The notes below the pieces were generated by a model, which saw only the letters and a list, made by a program, of their open reading frames with translations, made no database searches and had not been told where the DNA came from. 64,000 nucleotides of DNA from NCBI GenBank assembly GCA_038087875.1, contig JAXLNO010003796.1, forward strand, positions 558,001-622,000. Reading direction: 5' to 3'. A program made the translations under genes and the position numbers. Positions 13,255 through 27,061 of this stretch are shown here, piece by piece. The first letter of the stretch is position 1. Each line of letters begins with the position of its first letter. Source of the stretch: Malacoraja senta. Lineage: Eukaryota.

Positions 13255-14240
13255 TTGGTACTGGTTTATGTGTACTGAGATAAAGTGAAATCCAATCAAA
13301 TCATTACTATGCTTGAGTATAACCAATCCATACACAAGTACAATAGTTAACGCAAAGACAAAAATACCAGAGTGCAGATTATAATGTTATAGCATGATGG
13401 CATTTTTTGTAGAGATAATTCAGATAACAAAAAGTACAAAGTCTCTATGAGGTAAGGTTGGAGATGGGGAATACACTCTTACCTTATGACAATACAGTCG
13501 TCTGATAACAGCGGAGAAGAAGTTATTCCTGAATCTCGTGGTACTTGCTTTTAAACATTTGTAGCCTATGCCGAAGAGGGGTCATTAAGGTACGCTGCCT
13601 ACATTTTCTTTGGCACCAGGATAACAGTGGTCTTTTTATAGCAGGTGGGAACCTCAGAATGAAGTATGAAGAGGTTAAAGATGTGGGTGAATATTCCTGT
13701 AATTTGGTCTACACGAGTCCTGAAGATATGACCGGGGACTTCATCCAGGAGAGTTGCTTTCTGCAGGTTCATTCTCAGGAAAGCCTATCTGACATCTGCG
13801 ACAGTGCCCATGGGTTCAGCTGCACCCGTGTCTGTTGCAGACATCATTCCATCGTCCTTGTGTTCAAAGCGAGCATAGTGCGCATTGAGCATGTTGGGGG
13901 AAGGAACACATTGTTGCCAGCGATTCTACCCGACTAGCCCATTAAAGCATGCAAGCCTTGCCATAATTGATGGGTGTCTATGTAGTTACCCTAGATTCTA
14001 GCTTGGTTCGGAAGTCCCCATAGCATCGTTGATGGCTTTGTCATAACCTCATAATCACAGAACCATTTGAGTTGAACAATGCAGACTTAGACTTCTAGGA
14101 ATGGATCTCACAGTTCATCCATGGTTTGGGGAACACTCACACTGTCTTATTTGGTACACATTACTCCACATACTTGCTGATGAAGTATTTGACAGCAGTG
14201 GCATACTCATTAGGTTGGCTGCAGATCTTGAATATGGACT
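13255..14240 (-). mobile_element. Rex1/Babar-like LINE, old, internally deleted
   Basis: Reverse strand shows CFQPWMN / AVKYFISKYVE endonuclease-linker and PKKM..SVP**PLF RT-like remnants, with an antisense tail (ggtactggtttat). Confidence 0.55.
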
Positions 14241-14529
14241 ATATTTTGTGGCTTTACAATACTAATGTTTCTTCTAAGAATTACAATACTAATGTTTCTC
14301 CCAAGTGATAGTATCACAAACAGCTGACACCTGCCAAAGCAATTCTGTGCTATGATAATACATTTTGTAAAGGGATATTTGATCATTCACAGATTAGTTT
14401 GATAGTTAATGGGTGGTTTACACACAAAAAAACAAGAATGGGAACAGGAGTGGGCCACCAGGCCCCTCAAACCAATCGTGACCAATATATGCTGACCTCA
14501 AATCCTCTTCTCTACCAGTTCCTCCCGTC

Positions 14530-14838
14530 AATACAAAAGCTTGAAAATGCATACCATTAGATTAAAAAACAGCGTATTTCCTACTGTTAGCAGATTCGTA
14601 AGCAGGTCTCTCATATATTAAAGATGTATTGATAATCCCCCAATCTGCCTCATGCAGACCTTGCATTTTTTTCTTCACCTGCAGTTTCTCTGCAGCTGTA
14701 ACACTATATTCTGCAGTAAACATATTTTCTCAGTTGCACTGAGTGTTGTACTCATGCATGGTATGATTTGCCTGGCTAACATGAAAAACTAGTTTTCATT
14801 GTATCTACATACATGGACAATAATAAACAAACACCAAG
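14530..14838 (+). mobile_element. Rex1/Babar 3' end inserted in an old minus-strand CR1 tail
   Basis: YKSLKMHTIRLKNSVFPTVSRF motif and an acaataataaac end. CR1-tail sequence on both sides (14435-14525, 14840-14915). Confidence 0.6.
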
Positions 14839-15774
14839 GCGAACATCCCCATAACTCTCAATTCCTCATTCTTTCAAATATTTAATATATCTCCAGCTTA
14901 TATATATCTAATGATCTAATGGATTTTACACAGTAACTTCACCATCATTTCTTTAATCATGTAAAATCAGTATACATTTTTTCAGAAAAGCAACTTTTTC
15001 TTTTGACAAAAATATCTATGAAATTTTCACTTGTAAAATAATATGAAATAGTTGAAAAGAAAGTGTTTAATATTTTTCCAAATGTAACCGTTTTCTATAT
15101 GGTTGTTTTGATAAAACAAACATATTTAGAAGAAATGTTTCTATTTTTATTATATTTTATAAAACAAGAAATAATGTCTGCAACAGAATTAAACCACAAA
15201 TTAGAGCAATGCATGAGTACAACACTCAGTGCAAGTGAGAAAATATGTTTACTGAGTGCCAACACATACGTTGATTGCAGCCACAATCCTTCACATGGTT
15301 AATTAGTGATCTCAACTTGCCAACTGACTAAGATTCATCCAGGTTTCCATTGTCAAATCAAGCAAGATAAGAAGTGTAGCAGGAGTGACACTGATTTGTC
15401 AAATCAGAATACCAAAAGCTTATCAGAGCAGTACACTGGCACACCCAGTATAAATTCCTTCGTTTAGTTGTCACGCACAGGAGCATGAAAGCTTAATCAC
15501 CCTCCCTAAAACAGAACTGGCCTTGATCTTTTAACTATTCTTCAGCCTTTCAATTTAATTAACGATTTATTGATTTTGCAGTCTTGTCTTAATGCATACA
15601 AATTGTAAGTTTGGGATAGACACGTTGGAAAGAAATTGAACTATTTTATGGAAGTAATAAAAAATAATTTATTTAAGTTGTGTTTTTAATAATTAAGCAA
15701 ATGAATGCAGAAGTGACACTGAGAAATGTCTTTGAAATAAAATAGCATAAATGGCTATTTCTGAAACAGATAGA

Positions 15775-16010
15775 GAAAGTGAGTTACCTGAAGTTATAGA
15801 ATATGGTACTGGCTTCAAAACACTGAACTGTGCCCAGATGGAAGTAGCTTGTGATGGGCCCCATTAAATCAGTGCAGGAGTCCACAGACAGATAGGTCAG
15901 AGTGCAAGTGAATGAGCAACAATAAGCTCAGGGACACTCCTGCAGACTAAATGTGGGCGCTCCTCAAAGCAGTCACCTAATCTGGGTTTGATTTCTCCTA
16001 TGTAGAAGAA
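15775..16010 (-). mobile_element. Penelope GIY-YIG remnant
   Basis: Reverse strand translates YIGEIKPRLGDCFEE, homologous to 10640-10690. Confidence 0.65.
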
Positions 16011-16774
16011 ATTCCGTTTTTCTTTCCCCGTTCAAACAATCATATCTGTTGGGCATGTCCTTGAGCTCTGCATGTTGCAACTTTCCAATTTCTTCATTTG
16101 TATTCCTATTTTCCAACTTCCATCAACTAAATAGTCTCTGCAACTTAATACACAATAATTCTGGTCTCACCCTGCCATGGAGGTTCCTTTTGTCCTATCT
16201 ATCCCTACTCCAACTTCTTTGCGATTTGTTTTCTTTCTTTCCCAAAAAGGTCTTTGTCCAGAAATGTTTTTCTTTCCATAGTTGCTGCTTGACCTGTTAA
16301 ATTTTTTCAATAGTTTTTAGTGTTACGTATACCGTTACTGTTCTTTGAAGCTTTTAGTTATCATTGTGGGACAAAAAAATCATTATATTTTTTACCATAA
16401 CACTCCGGTTGACTATGGTACTGAATTTCCATAATATCTGCCCTAAGGGGGGGAACATCAATTTGGTGCTCAAATGAAATGTTACAGTCTACTAATAAAA
16501 GTTACAGAGATATGAACATCATCATGTTCATTTTGTTATATTATATGGGGTGCCGCCCATCTTTTTCTTGTCTGTATAACTTTAGTAATAGTTGGATCAG
16601 TATATTTATGCAGAATGTGTTAAACTGTGCCAAGTACAATGGGTCACAGCATAATGAACTATTATGGCTTTTTTTTTTTAATTTCATCGGGAACCTGCTT
16701 TCAATATTGGCTTTGGTCTGCTCTTGATAAAAATGTATACATTTCTAGGTGTTATAGGTAGTAACAATGTCGTA

Positions 16775-16950
16775 ATTCTAGTTGAGGCAGGTACAATAAC
16801 AACATTTAAAAGACAATTGGACAGTTACATGGATAGAAAAGGTTTATTGGGATAATGGCCAAATGTGCGCAAATGGTATAAGATTAGATGAGGAATTTGG
16901 TCAGTATGAATGAGTTGGGCTGAAGGGCCTGTTCATGTGCTGTATGACTG
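16775..16950 (+). mobile_element. CR1 3' end
   Basis: gttgaggcaggtacaataacaacatttaaaagaca...gggctgaagggcctgtt. Confidence 0.7.
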
Positions 16951-17056
16951 TGACAATAAATAGGTTTTGAAAGCGGTAACAATAGAGCTTTATTTGGTGG
17001 TCAATTTTCAAGGAACAAAAATCTAATAAAAGCAGTGAAATGATAATGACATTAAT

Positions 17057-17820
17057 ACATAGAAACATAGAAACATAGAAAATAGGTGCAGGAGTAGGCC
17101 ATTCGGCCCTTTGAGCCTGCACCGCCATTCAATATGATCATGGCTGATCATCCAACTCAGTATCCTGTACCTGCTTTCTCTCCATACCCCCTGATCCCTT
17201 TAACCACAAGGGCCACATCTAACTCCCTCTTAAATATAGCCAATGAGCTGGCCTCAACTACCTTCTGTGGCAGAGAATTCCAGAGATTCACCACTCTCTG
17301 TGTAAAAAATGTTTTTCTCATCTCAGTCCTAAAAGATTTCCCCTTTATCCTTAAACTGTGACCCCTTGTTCTGGACTCCCCCAACATCGGGAACAATCTT
17401 CCTGCATCTAGCCTGTCCAACCCCTTAAGAATTTTGTAAGTTTCTATAAGATCCCCCCTCAGTCTTCTAAATTCCAGCGAGTACAAGCCGAGTCTATCCA
17501 GTCTTTCCTCATATGAAAGTCCTGACATCCCAGGAATCAGTCTGGTGAACCTTCTCTGTACTCCCTCTATGGCAAGAATGTCCTTCCTCAGATTAGGAGA
17601 CCAAAACTGTACGCAATACTCCAGGTGTGGTCTCACCAAGACCCTGTACAACTGCAGTAGAACCTCCCTGCTCCTATACTCAAATCCTTTCGCTATGAAT
17701 GCTAACATACCATTCGCCTTCTTCACTGCCTGCTGCACCTGCATGCCTACTTTTAATGACTGGTGTACCATGACACCCAGGTCTCGTTGCATCTCCCCTT
17801 TTCCTAATCGACCATTCAGA
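17057..17820 (-). mobile_element. Young CR1 LINE, 5'-truncated
   Basis: Uninterrupted 226-aa ORF2 C-terminus (RDLGV, RPHLEYCVQFWSP, RRLRGDLIETYK, TRGHS), 3' UTR and (tgtttcta)n tail. Confidence 0.95.
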
Positions 17821-18419
17821 CCATTGAGTCTGACCATTGACCATTCAGACCATTGACCATTCAGAAGTCCAGGTTATATATTGAGAGAGACTTAACCTGC
17901 AAATTTTGCATTATTATTGTACCAAAAGAACAAGGCTGACACAAGAGGTAGGAAGAGAGAAAGAGAGAGAGATTGAAGTTTAATTACAGAACAGTTTCAC
18001 CATCGTAATTGCATCCATTTTGTCGTATATACATAACCATATGAAATTTGTGTGCAGAAAAGTTCCTGTAATGCTTTGTTTAGACCTACAGTAATTAATT
18101 ATGTTATTCACTGTCTGACAAAATATGATTTGACAGTCTGAATTTTTGTCTGACCAGATACTGTAAAATCATGAGTTACTATGAAATGAGAGCTACAAAA
18201 TATGTATTATCAGACACCAGCGTACAACTACCTCCACCTTGTCATTTACCTCTACCTGTACGGTACTAATTCAATCCACTATGCTGAAGCATCAAGTCAC
18301 TAACTTCAATTAAAAAAAATACAACTGTGGTCATTCACCACCAAGGCTTGAGGGGACCTCATCCACCCCCTCAGCTCATGTACAAGCAAAAAAATGTAAT
18401 CCTGAAAGGCTTTGCTCAT

Positions 18420-18912
18420 GATGACTATCCTAAATCAGATGTGTTGCAGGGCTAATTAGATAATTGTAAACTATTTCAACTTGCGGTAGATTTTTACCTT
18501 GCAATAAAATGTCATGAAACCAACCAACTCTTTTCAAAGGTATGGTCTCCTTTCATTGATTCGTTACAAGTATAGTATGGTGCAACACAATTTTGGAATT
18601 AAACCGATTTACGGACAGGGTGATGGGTGTGGTGAGAAATGAAGCAGGTATATCAACACGTTTTGGTCCCTTTTTTAAAAATTATTATTTTTCGTTTTTG
18701 TCTTCTTATTCTGTTTTAGGTTTTTACTTATTCACTCTTTGACTACACTATTTGGCAGTTTAGGGGTTTACACATTCACTATTTCTTTTACTTTCTCTCT
18801 TTCTCTCTTTTTCTATTTCTTCTTTGTCAAAATTAAAATGGAAGATGTACAATAAATGTATTTTGTCATATGCTGCGGTTTATACTATGGTACACTGCTT
18901 CTAATAAAAACA
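18420..18912 (+). mobile_element. L1/Tx1-like LINE 3' end
   Basis: FSKVWSPFIDSL* resembles an L1 ORF2 C-terminus, followed by a T-rich UTR and aataaaaa. Confidence 0.5.
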
Positions 18913-18999
18913 ACCAACTCTGTGGCACACTATTATAGAGTTGCTTCACACATTGAACTGAGATTCCTTTATTTTTCTCTCCAAGTATTAACATTATGT

Positions 19000-19224
19000 T
19001 TTAGCAGTGAAAAGACAACGATCAGTTTCTTTGAACACTGTTTATTTCGAAACTCGTTCTCTGATCTTACAAGTCTAACACACGCGACTGGCCACAACGG
19101 TGGTCGTCGAACAACTGCCGCGGGAAAGCGAAACCGCGCAAAAACCCGACCCCTCCCGGGTCACGTGCCCGCGGCTTCCGACCGCCGGGATCGATATTGG
19201 CGCGCACCAGCAGGTGCCGCTACA
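19000..19224 (-). mobile_element. Solo LTR (Gypsy-like), 225 bp
   Basis: Termini TTTAGC...GCTACA (one-mismatch TG...CA inverted ends), 4-bp TSD ATGT (18996-18999 and 19225-19228), minus-strand AATAAA near 19041, CpG-rich. Confidence 0.65.
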
Positions 19225-20431
19225 ATGTGAGTAATTGGGGAGAAACATTTCACCAAGACACAAACTTTCACAGAAACACTAGCCCTCAAAATAATCACAG
19301 TGCCCACAAAGGTTAAAATTCTAATCATGCTTTAGAAGACCGGCCATATGCACGATACTTAAATACAAATAAAATAAATATAGTTTCAAGAACTCTTGGG
19401 CACATTACTTGGTTTGTATCAATTCAAATCTCATGAAGCAGTGATGGAAGGAAGATTTTCTATAGTATTTAATTTAGCCATAAAAATATACATTATCTAG
19501 GTGATAGAAAATGTACATTGAAATATAAAAGAAACCCCTTTCACAGAATGCCAGTGTGACTAAGTGAGAACATATGCACTTTTGTTTGACCAAATTAGCA
19601 GGCAGCCAGCCTAGTGGTGCCGACCACAACAAAAACTTGAAACAACTGTAATAACAACCTGCAGTGGCAGGGGTCCAGAGATGATGAAACCCCCTACTGT
19701 ACTTGCACATTATACAGTTCCTCTGGATTCCTGCCCTTTCTCCTTCTGCCTACTTCCTCTTTGCTTTTACAAAGGAATACAAAGAAAAGGCAGTGACACA
19801 GGGAATGGGTAACGGAAACTACGTCTGTCTCTTTGCAAAGGTACCTCGGCTGACAAAAGCTGCAAATTAATTCATCTACATGCAAAATTGCAAGGATTAC
19901 AAAAATCAGGAAGTGTTTATTCTGTTTTAAATGGGACGCTGTTCAAAATGTAAATAAATTCCAGAAAAAAACAATTAAACATTTACCAGTGGAGCTAGAG
20001 TGAGTGAATTCCAGTTTGAAGAGTGGAATAGTGTGCTGAAAACTGTAAAAAGATGACAACAGTGTAATTTAATTTTAGGAGACATCTGTTTACTTTTATA
20101 AATACCTCAATGCTCTTACATTTTCTCAGCAATCAAACATCAGGCAAGTCCGTGAATGACTGGAACTACCTTCTAGAGGAAAATCAACGTTAATGAAAAC
20201 TTTACACAGAGGTTTCTAGTTTATAATTCCTAACTCTCAATAACTATTCATTGCAACTATTCTGCCTCTGAGGTTTGAAATTTCCATATAAACATAAAGG
20301 TATAAAATCTGTAAAATAAATATGGATACAGCTAATTTAAACTGAATTATTTCATTTAAATTAATTATTTATTTGACATAAACTTTTATGTTATTGGCAG
20401 GAACATGACCCCAAGTGTCTTTTAATATAGG

Positions 20432-20768
20432 CACAATGAACTGCAGATGCTGGTTTACAAAAAAGACAAAAGCGGTCTGGCAGCTTCTCTGGAATACATA
20501 GATAGGTGACGTTTTGGGTCAGGACTGAATGGTCTTTTTTCTAGTTCTTTTTATACTCTAGTCTCCTTTTCATTTCTAGCCTTTGCCATCCATTTGCCAA
20601 TCTAATCCTCCTCGTTTGTATCCACCACCTATCACTTCCCAGGCTTTGTCCTGCCCCCACCTCTTTTCCCCCCACTACAATCAGTCTGTAAAAAGGACCA
20701 ACCCGAAATGTCGCCTATCTATGTCCTCTGGAGATGCTGCCTTTCCTGAGGAGTTACTCCAGTGCGCT
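20432..20768. mobile_element. Penelope-derived element with inverted terminal copies
   Basis: Minus copy at 20432-20530, pyrimidine-rich middle, degenerate plus copy at 20684-20768. Confidence 0.65.
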
Positions 20769-21072
20769 GATTTTTTAAATTAGTGATCCAACTTAGGCTC
20801 TGTATGCCTCTTCTGATAAATGTTATACATTGCATAATCATGGAGCTACTTTGTCCAGGCCAATATTTTAATCTCAATTTGTACAACTAAAACCAGATAA
20901 TATAGAATGAATAGCTTATTTTATGTGTCATAAAACTTTACGATTCAATTGGAAAAATACACCATCTACCAACTTAATAATCTTTTTCAAACAGACATGG
21001 TGACAATTTCACATTTCTTTCTAAACAACTGTACATAATACTGTGCCTAAAAATAGTTACTATAGTTCTGAA

Positions 21073-21214
21073 GATAGACACTGAAGATAGACACTCAACC
21101 CGAAACGTCACCCATTCCTTCTCTCCAGAGATGCTGCCTGTCCTGTTGAGTTACTCCTGCGTTTTGTGTCTTTCTTCGGTTGAAACCAGCATCTGCAGTT
21201 CCTTCTTACACCAG
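21073..21214 (+). mobile_element. Short Penelope-derived element with 9-bp TSD
   Basis: Family body flanked by AGTTCTGAA at 21064-21072 and 21215-21223. Confidence 0.7.
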
Positions 21215-21574
21215 AGTTCTGAACGTGGACTGTTAGTTGGATAAACTACAGCCTTTGATTCTTACATCAAAATTATACTAGGGCAATGAACATATAAGTA
21301 AGGATGATGCTCACAGATCTTTGCACAAAGTGACACTTGCTTCTGTATTTAACCAGCCCCATTTTCTAGTGCAGAATAAGTCAATCTAGCATCAATTGTC
21401 CAACTGACTGTTCAAGGATGATTTGTAAATTAAACAATATTTTTTCCAAACAAGACTGACAGTAGAAATGGCCAATGTTAATAGTTTCCTTCTTTGACCT
21501 ACATTGGCATTTAATTAGTTTCAACACCCTCCCCCCCCCCCCCCTTTTTTTATCTGGTGCAAGTTTATTTAAAC

Positions 21575-21955
21575 ATAACAGGAATAGGAATACTTTATTG
21601 TCCCATGTGACTAGGCACAGTGAGATTCTTTGCTTGGATACACAATGTATGCAAATAGCGGCCACCTACTGCGCTGACAAAGTTATAAAGCACCCCGGCT
21701 CCTCCTTTTGTCCTCCACCCCCCTCCCCCCACAGCGGTTCCCCCACGCTGGGTCCCCATTGCCCTTTGCCCCCACCTATTGTCCATTGTTCTCCCCCCCC
21801 CCACCTCCCTCACGGCGGTTCCCCCACGCCGGGTCCTCTATTGTTCTTCCTCTCCCCCCTCATGGCGGTTCCTCCATGCTCTCGTTGACCGTGGGTCGAC
21901 TCCCAAGGCATCTCCGCCGCCGTCACGAGGCTTCACCACCGCCTCAGCGGTGAAT
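21575..21955 (-). mobile_element. Non-autonomous retroelement with Rex-type tail and GC-rich internal repeats
   Basis: Antisense tail (ggaata)n-ctttattgtcccatgtg and three copies of ca(c/t)(a/g)gcggttcc(c/t)cca(c/t)gc. Confidence 0.5.
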
Positions 21956-22154
21956 CATCCATTCAGTTCATTAACCAAGTAAAAAGGTTAACAAAATCGA
22001 TGGCTGATACAGCAGCAACGCTCAAACTTTAGTTTATCTATGTTCTGCTGTATAAACATTTCAGTTCATAAAATTTTGAATGTTATTTGCAAGAACTAAC
22101 ACAGTATAATATGGACTCTGGAGTTTAAGGTCTCCAAGATTACAAACCAGAAAG

Positions 22155-22730
22155 AAACAATAGACAATAGGTACAGGAGAAGGCCCTTCGGCCCTTCGAG
22201 CCAGCACCGCCATTCAATGTGATCATCGCTGATCATCCCCAATCAGTACCCTGTTCCGGCCTTCTCCCCATATCCCCTGACTCCGCTATTTTTAAGAGCC
22301 CTATCTAGCTCTCTCTTTAAAACATCCAGAGAACCTGCCACCACCGCCCTCTGAGGCAGAGAATTCCACAGACTCACCACTCTCTGTGAGAAAAAGTGTT
22401 TCCTCGTCTCCGTTCTAAATGGCTTACTCCTTATTCTTAAACTGTGGCCCCTGGTTCTGGACTCCCCCAACATCGGGAACAGGTTTCCTGCCTCTAGCGT
22501 GTCCTAGCCCTTAACAATCTTATATGTTTCAATGAGATTACCTCTCATCCTTCTAAACTCCAGAGTGTACAAGCCCAGCTGCTCCATTCTCTCAGCATAT
22601 GACAGTCCCGCCATCCCGGGAATTAACCTGGTGAACCTATGCTGCACTCCCTCAATAGCAAGAATGTCTTCCTTAAATTAGGGGACCAAAACTGCACACA
22701 ATACTCCAGGTGTGGTCTCACTAGGGCTCT
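22155..22730 (-). mobile_element. CR1 LINE 3' part
   Basis: ORF2 C-terminus MLGESRTRGHSLRIR...GYGEKAGTGY plus 3' UTR. Confidence 0.9.
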
Positions 22731-23184
22731 TCAGTACAGTGACCTTTCCATTTACTGGTACACGAAGCAGGGAGGAAATAACTACAGTGACGTTGTTACT
22801 CCACATTGTTACACATTATACTCCACTTCTTTATACTGAAATAAATACTTAAGGCTAAGAAAGCTAAAAATGCAAAGTTTATATCCAAGTGATAAAGAGA
22901 AACTCCAGAAAACCTGACTTAATAGAAAAAAAATAAACAGAGGTCTTTGAAACTTGCTTAAATTGGTTCTTTTCTCAAGCTTACAATTTATACTCACTTT
23001 CTTAAAACAAATTAGATTGCGTGTAAGGCAACATTAGCACTTTACTGGTGTTTTATAAACGAATAGACAAAGATAATGCGTGGGAACAAATATACCCAAA
23101 GCTTAAGGCCATGGAATTCAAAATAAATCTTAACCCTGTCAGACGTATTTAAGGTGCAGGAGAAGGATCACAGAAATAAAGTAT

Positions 23185-23575
23185 GTAGGCCCCCCCTCAG
23201 TCATGATTGACCATGGGTAATGCATCCTAGTTGTTGGCTGCTTGCTCCAAACCTCAGCCAGAGCAGCGTTGCTTGTGGCTGAAGAGACCAATGCGGGAGT
23301 GACAGGTTCTGTCACAAAGGTCACATTTGTGTGTGGTCTCTGGTCTGTTGAAGTTGCTGCGCTCCTTTCTTTGTGCCCGCTTGTCTGCCGCTGCGTTCAT
23401 CAGTTTCTCTTCCCCTGTTTTGAGATGTTGGTTCAGGGTGCCTCTCCACCTCGTGCGGTCAGCTGCAAGGCTCTCCCAGGACTCCACATCGATGTTGAGC
23501 GCCTTCATATCTCTCTTGCAGACATCCTTGTAACGTAGCTGAGGGCGGCTGATGGTTCTCTTCCCAGATGTCAGA
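23185..23575 (-). mobile_element. RTE-clade LINE 3' end
   Basis: GRPQLRYKDVCKRDMKALNIDVESWESLAADRTRWR...CDLCDRTCHSRIGLFSH, the RTE C-terminal zinc-finger-like motif. Confidence 0.9.
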
Positions 23576-23756
23576 GATCACTGAAAATTGCCACATAATT
23601 TAATTTGATGTAAAGGCCATGTTTGGTTTAAAGCCTTGTAATAAAATGCATTAGTTACACTTCGCTTTTTAAGTTACAAGGCTCTAGTGATATACTCCCA
23701 TCCAAGGAACCATTTTTTGAGGCTTAAAATGTGGTGGAACAAACATTACTTCTCAA

Positions 23757-23852
23757 GGGTAGACAAAAAGCTGGAGAAACTTAGCAGGTGAGGCAGCATC
23801 TATGGAGCGAAGGGATGGGTGACATTTCAGGTCGAGACCCTTCTTCAGACGG
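23757..23852 (-). mobile_element. Short Penelope-derived element with 12-bp TSD
   Basis: Flanked by ATTACTTCTCAA at 23745-23756 and 23853-23864. Confidence 0.8.
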
Positions 23853-24809
23853 ATTACTTCTCAATGGAATAATTTAGAAGAGAAGAGAATCCTGACTTCA
23901 CAGGACTAACCTTCTTTGTACATCAAGAAACTGTTTGATCTCATGACTGAGCCAGAAAGGCACACTTAAATAAGATTTAAACCTGTCCTTGTTATATTTT
24001 AATACACGCTTGAAAATACTTTTGAATGATAAGCATTTTAAAATAGATTTTTCACATTAATCTTCAATAATGAGAACTGCAATCAAATTCGGGATCCCCC
24101 AAGGGTTCCTTGGCATTGATATCAGTTATATATCTAGAAACAATTAATTGCATATTTTCTTCACGGTATTAACTGAAAGTTAAAAGACTAAACTAGACAA
24201 ATGTCATCATGGATTTTCTTCCACTACACACTCTTTGTATTTGTACATAGCCGTAAAAATGGTTGTGTGAATTAAAACATATGATTGTTGATGATCTTTT
24301 GATATTAAACAAGTTGTATTTATATAAAACTGAAACCTAAAGTTCAATCACAATGCAAATTGGTGACACAGTGTATTATGTATTAGTGCAGCAAAGCAAA
24401 TTGAATGCTGGTCGTTCATTGTACAGTGAGCAGGCAGGGCAGTAATCCTTTGTGGTTTTATGTTGAAATGAAAACTAAACAAGCATGAGGTTTAGGAATA
24501 AATATGATAATAGATGACACACCAATCACAGAATAAATAAGCTCAAAGATGAATCATAGCAGATGCATCTAAACTGAATATCACAGGGAAACATGCATTC
24601 TGAGACTTAATAGCATGCACCATTATTGAGCATGTAGACACTACTGTCACTTGACAAGGAACTATCAATGCTGGTTTACAAAAAAAATCACTATATCACT
24701 GCATACTGAGATCGTGTCCTCAGGCTATATGACTTAAATCCTTCCTTTCAGTTGGATTGTATCCTGTCACCTGTCATTCACCAGAAGTTGTGTGCAAAAG
24801 AAAAGGTTT

Positions 24810-25000
24810 TGATGCCCTTCCTCTCTTCCTGCTTTCTCTCCCACCCACCCCACCCCCACACTTTACAATCATTCTGAGAAGGTGTCCCGACCTGAAACAT
24901 CACCTATCCATGTTTTCCAGAGATGCTGCCTGATCTGTTGAGTTACTCCAGAACTCTGTTTCTTTTTTTGTAAACCAAATTGTGCACTGCCTTGTTTTCC
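24810..25000 (+). mobile_element. Penelope-derived repeat copy, degenerate
   Basis: ttctgagaaggtgtcccgacctgaaacatcacctatccatg...gagatgctgcctga. Confidence 0.65.
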
Positions 25001-25014
25001 ATGCTTTCACAAGG

Positions 25015-26330
25015 GAAATGGCCAGTCTTCACCAAAATCTTCAGCCTTTCACTTCAACTATCTTCAGTCCTAATCTTCTTCAAGGAAACCTCCATCATTC
25101 CAGTTCCCATGAAAAATAGTGACCTTTCTCAATGACTACTGTGCAAAAGCTCCAACATCGACCATTATGAAGTGTTTTGAAAGGTTGGTAATAGCTCACA
25201 TTTGCAACAGTCTTCGAGACACTCAAGACCCTCTGACATTCTTATACAGTAGAATAGATCTATGGAGGACTCTCTTGCATTCAGTCCTGGATTTTCTTGA
25301 CAATACGAACATCTTTGTCAGGAAGTGTTCACAGACAAAAACTCAGCCTTCAACACCATACTTCCGAATTAGCTCAATCCTAACCTGTGGACCTTAGCCT
25401 TGAGGCTTCCAGCTGCAACTGGCTTCTGGGCCTCTTGACCAGCACAATTTTGTCTGTTAGAAATCATCATAACATTTTCTTTATCCTCAACACTGGTGCC
25501 CCTCAGGATTGTGTGTTCTACCTTGTACATCTATGACTGTGTAGCCAAAGGCTAACTCGATCTTTATGTCGACGATATCACTGTTGTCGGCCAGATCTAC
25601 AACAATGATGATACAGGAAATAGACGGCAAATCTAGTGTCGTGGTGTTAATATAATAAACTAGCCCCTAATGTCAGCAAGACAAAAAAGTTGTTTGTAGA
25701 CCAACTTGTAGAGATGGTCAACCACTTCAAGTTCTTTGGCCGCCATATTATTCGCATCTAACATGGTCCCTTCACACTGATATGGTAAAGCATATCAGCA
25801 TATTGACTTCCTTAGGAGTCTGGGAAGACTCGGCATGTCCACAAGGTTCTCTCGAGCTTCTACGAGTAGTATTCTGACAGAATGCATCTCAGCATGGTAT
25901 GGCAACTGCTCTGATCTTGACCGCCTGAACATCGAGAGAGTAGTGTAAACAGCCCAGGTTTGTGACTTTCTTCTATCCAGTTTATCTTCACAGTATGTTG
26001 CATCAGGAAGGTTAGAAGCATCTTCAATGCCTGTCACTGAAATTTCATATTATCCCTCCCAGAAGATACAGGAGCTTGAAAGCTCGGATATCCAGACTCA
26101 AGAACAGTTTCTTTCCCCACAGTTAATGGACCCCTGAACTAATCACCTCTTTCATACCATATTCCCGACGGTGCTGCCGTGTCCTCTTCATTCAATTATT
26201 CCGTTATTGTACTTTCTTTGCACTACTCGTATTTTGCACTACAATCTTGCACCATTCTGCTGTCATATTTATTGTTCTATTTATCAATACTGCATTTATA
26301 ATGTTTACTCTGAGCACTCTACTGTATATG
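25015..26330 (+). mobile_element. Rex1/Babar LINE, old
   Basis: LNDY...TSTIMKCFERLVIAHI, TGAPQDCV, YVDDITVVG and RLKNSFFP motifs with many frameshifts. Confidence 0.85.
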
Positions 26331-27061
26331 ACACTGATCTAATCTAATCTTATCAAATTCATGAAAGAGCTTCACAAAACTTGATTTCTAAGAGCTCTCC
26401 ACCACTGAATGTTGCAAACTAGCATGTTCTATGGTCTATGACTACATGCTGAGAGAAGCATTGAAGAGTGGTGCTGCAGCTGCCACAGAGGCTTTATAAG
26501 GCAGAAACCAATGTTTAAAAAAATATTTGCATTATTTACTCAAGGAATATGCATAATGGGAAATTGATGTTATGCTGAACGTAATATAAATATGATGACA
26601 TTTCCTATGTGGCAGTACCGAGAATCGTACAATGTACAATATTATTTATTTGCAAATTTTACAAGTAAAATAATGTTGTTGAAAAAAGTTTTTTTTAATT
26701 TTTCCAGTGGAAATATAACCTTGGGTTCTAACTTTTGTGGCGTAGTTTTATGTTGGAGTATGAGCATCATAACCATAGGCAAAGGAGAATAAATGAAAAA
26801 GCAATGAAGAAGCAATACCTTCCTCTCACCCCATAACTGACAGAAACAGATGTTTGTAATTCACCCCACTCATGACCTCATCCATGAAAAATCAATCAGG
26901 TCATGTCCAACGCAAAGACAGCTTTGAATTAGTGTCAAACATACACATGAAACTGCACAAACAGTTTTATATGTCTAGGCATTCAATTATGGTTTAAACA
27001 GTAATAGCAAGACTTAACTTTCAAATATTCTGGTAGGAATAAATATAATCATTTTTTTTAA

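Noticed and set aside
17545-17856. Antisense ORFs over CR1 copies (also 17134, 53554, 61413)
   Set aside because: They are shadow frames of the repeat consensus.
19545-19840. Possible FLRT1 non-coding exon (cctttcacAG ... AAG|GTACCT)
   Set aside because: Weak donor and no independent support from sequence alone.
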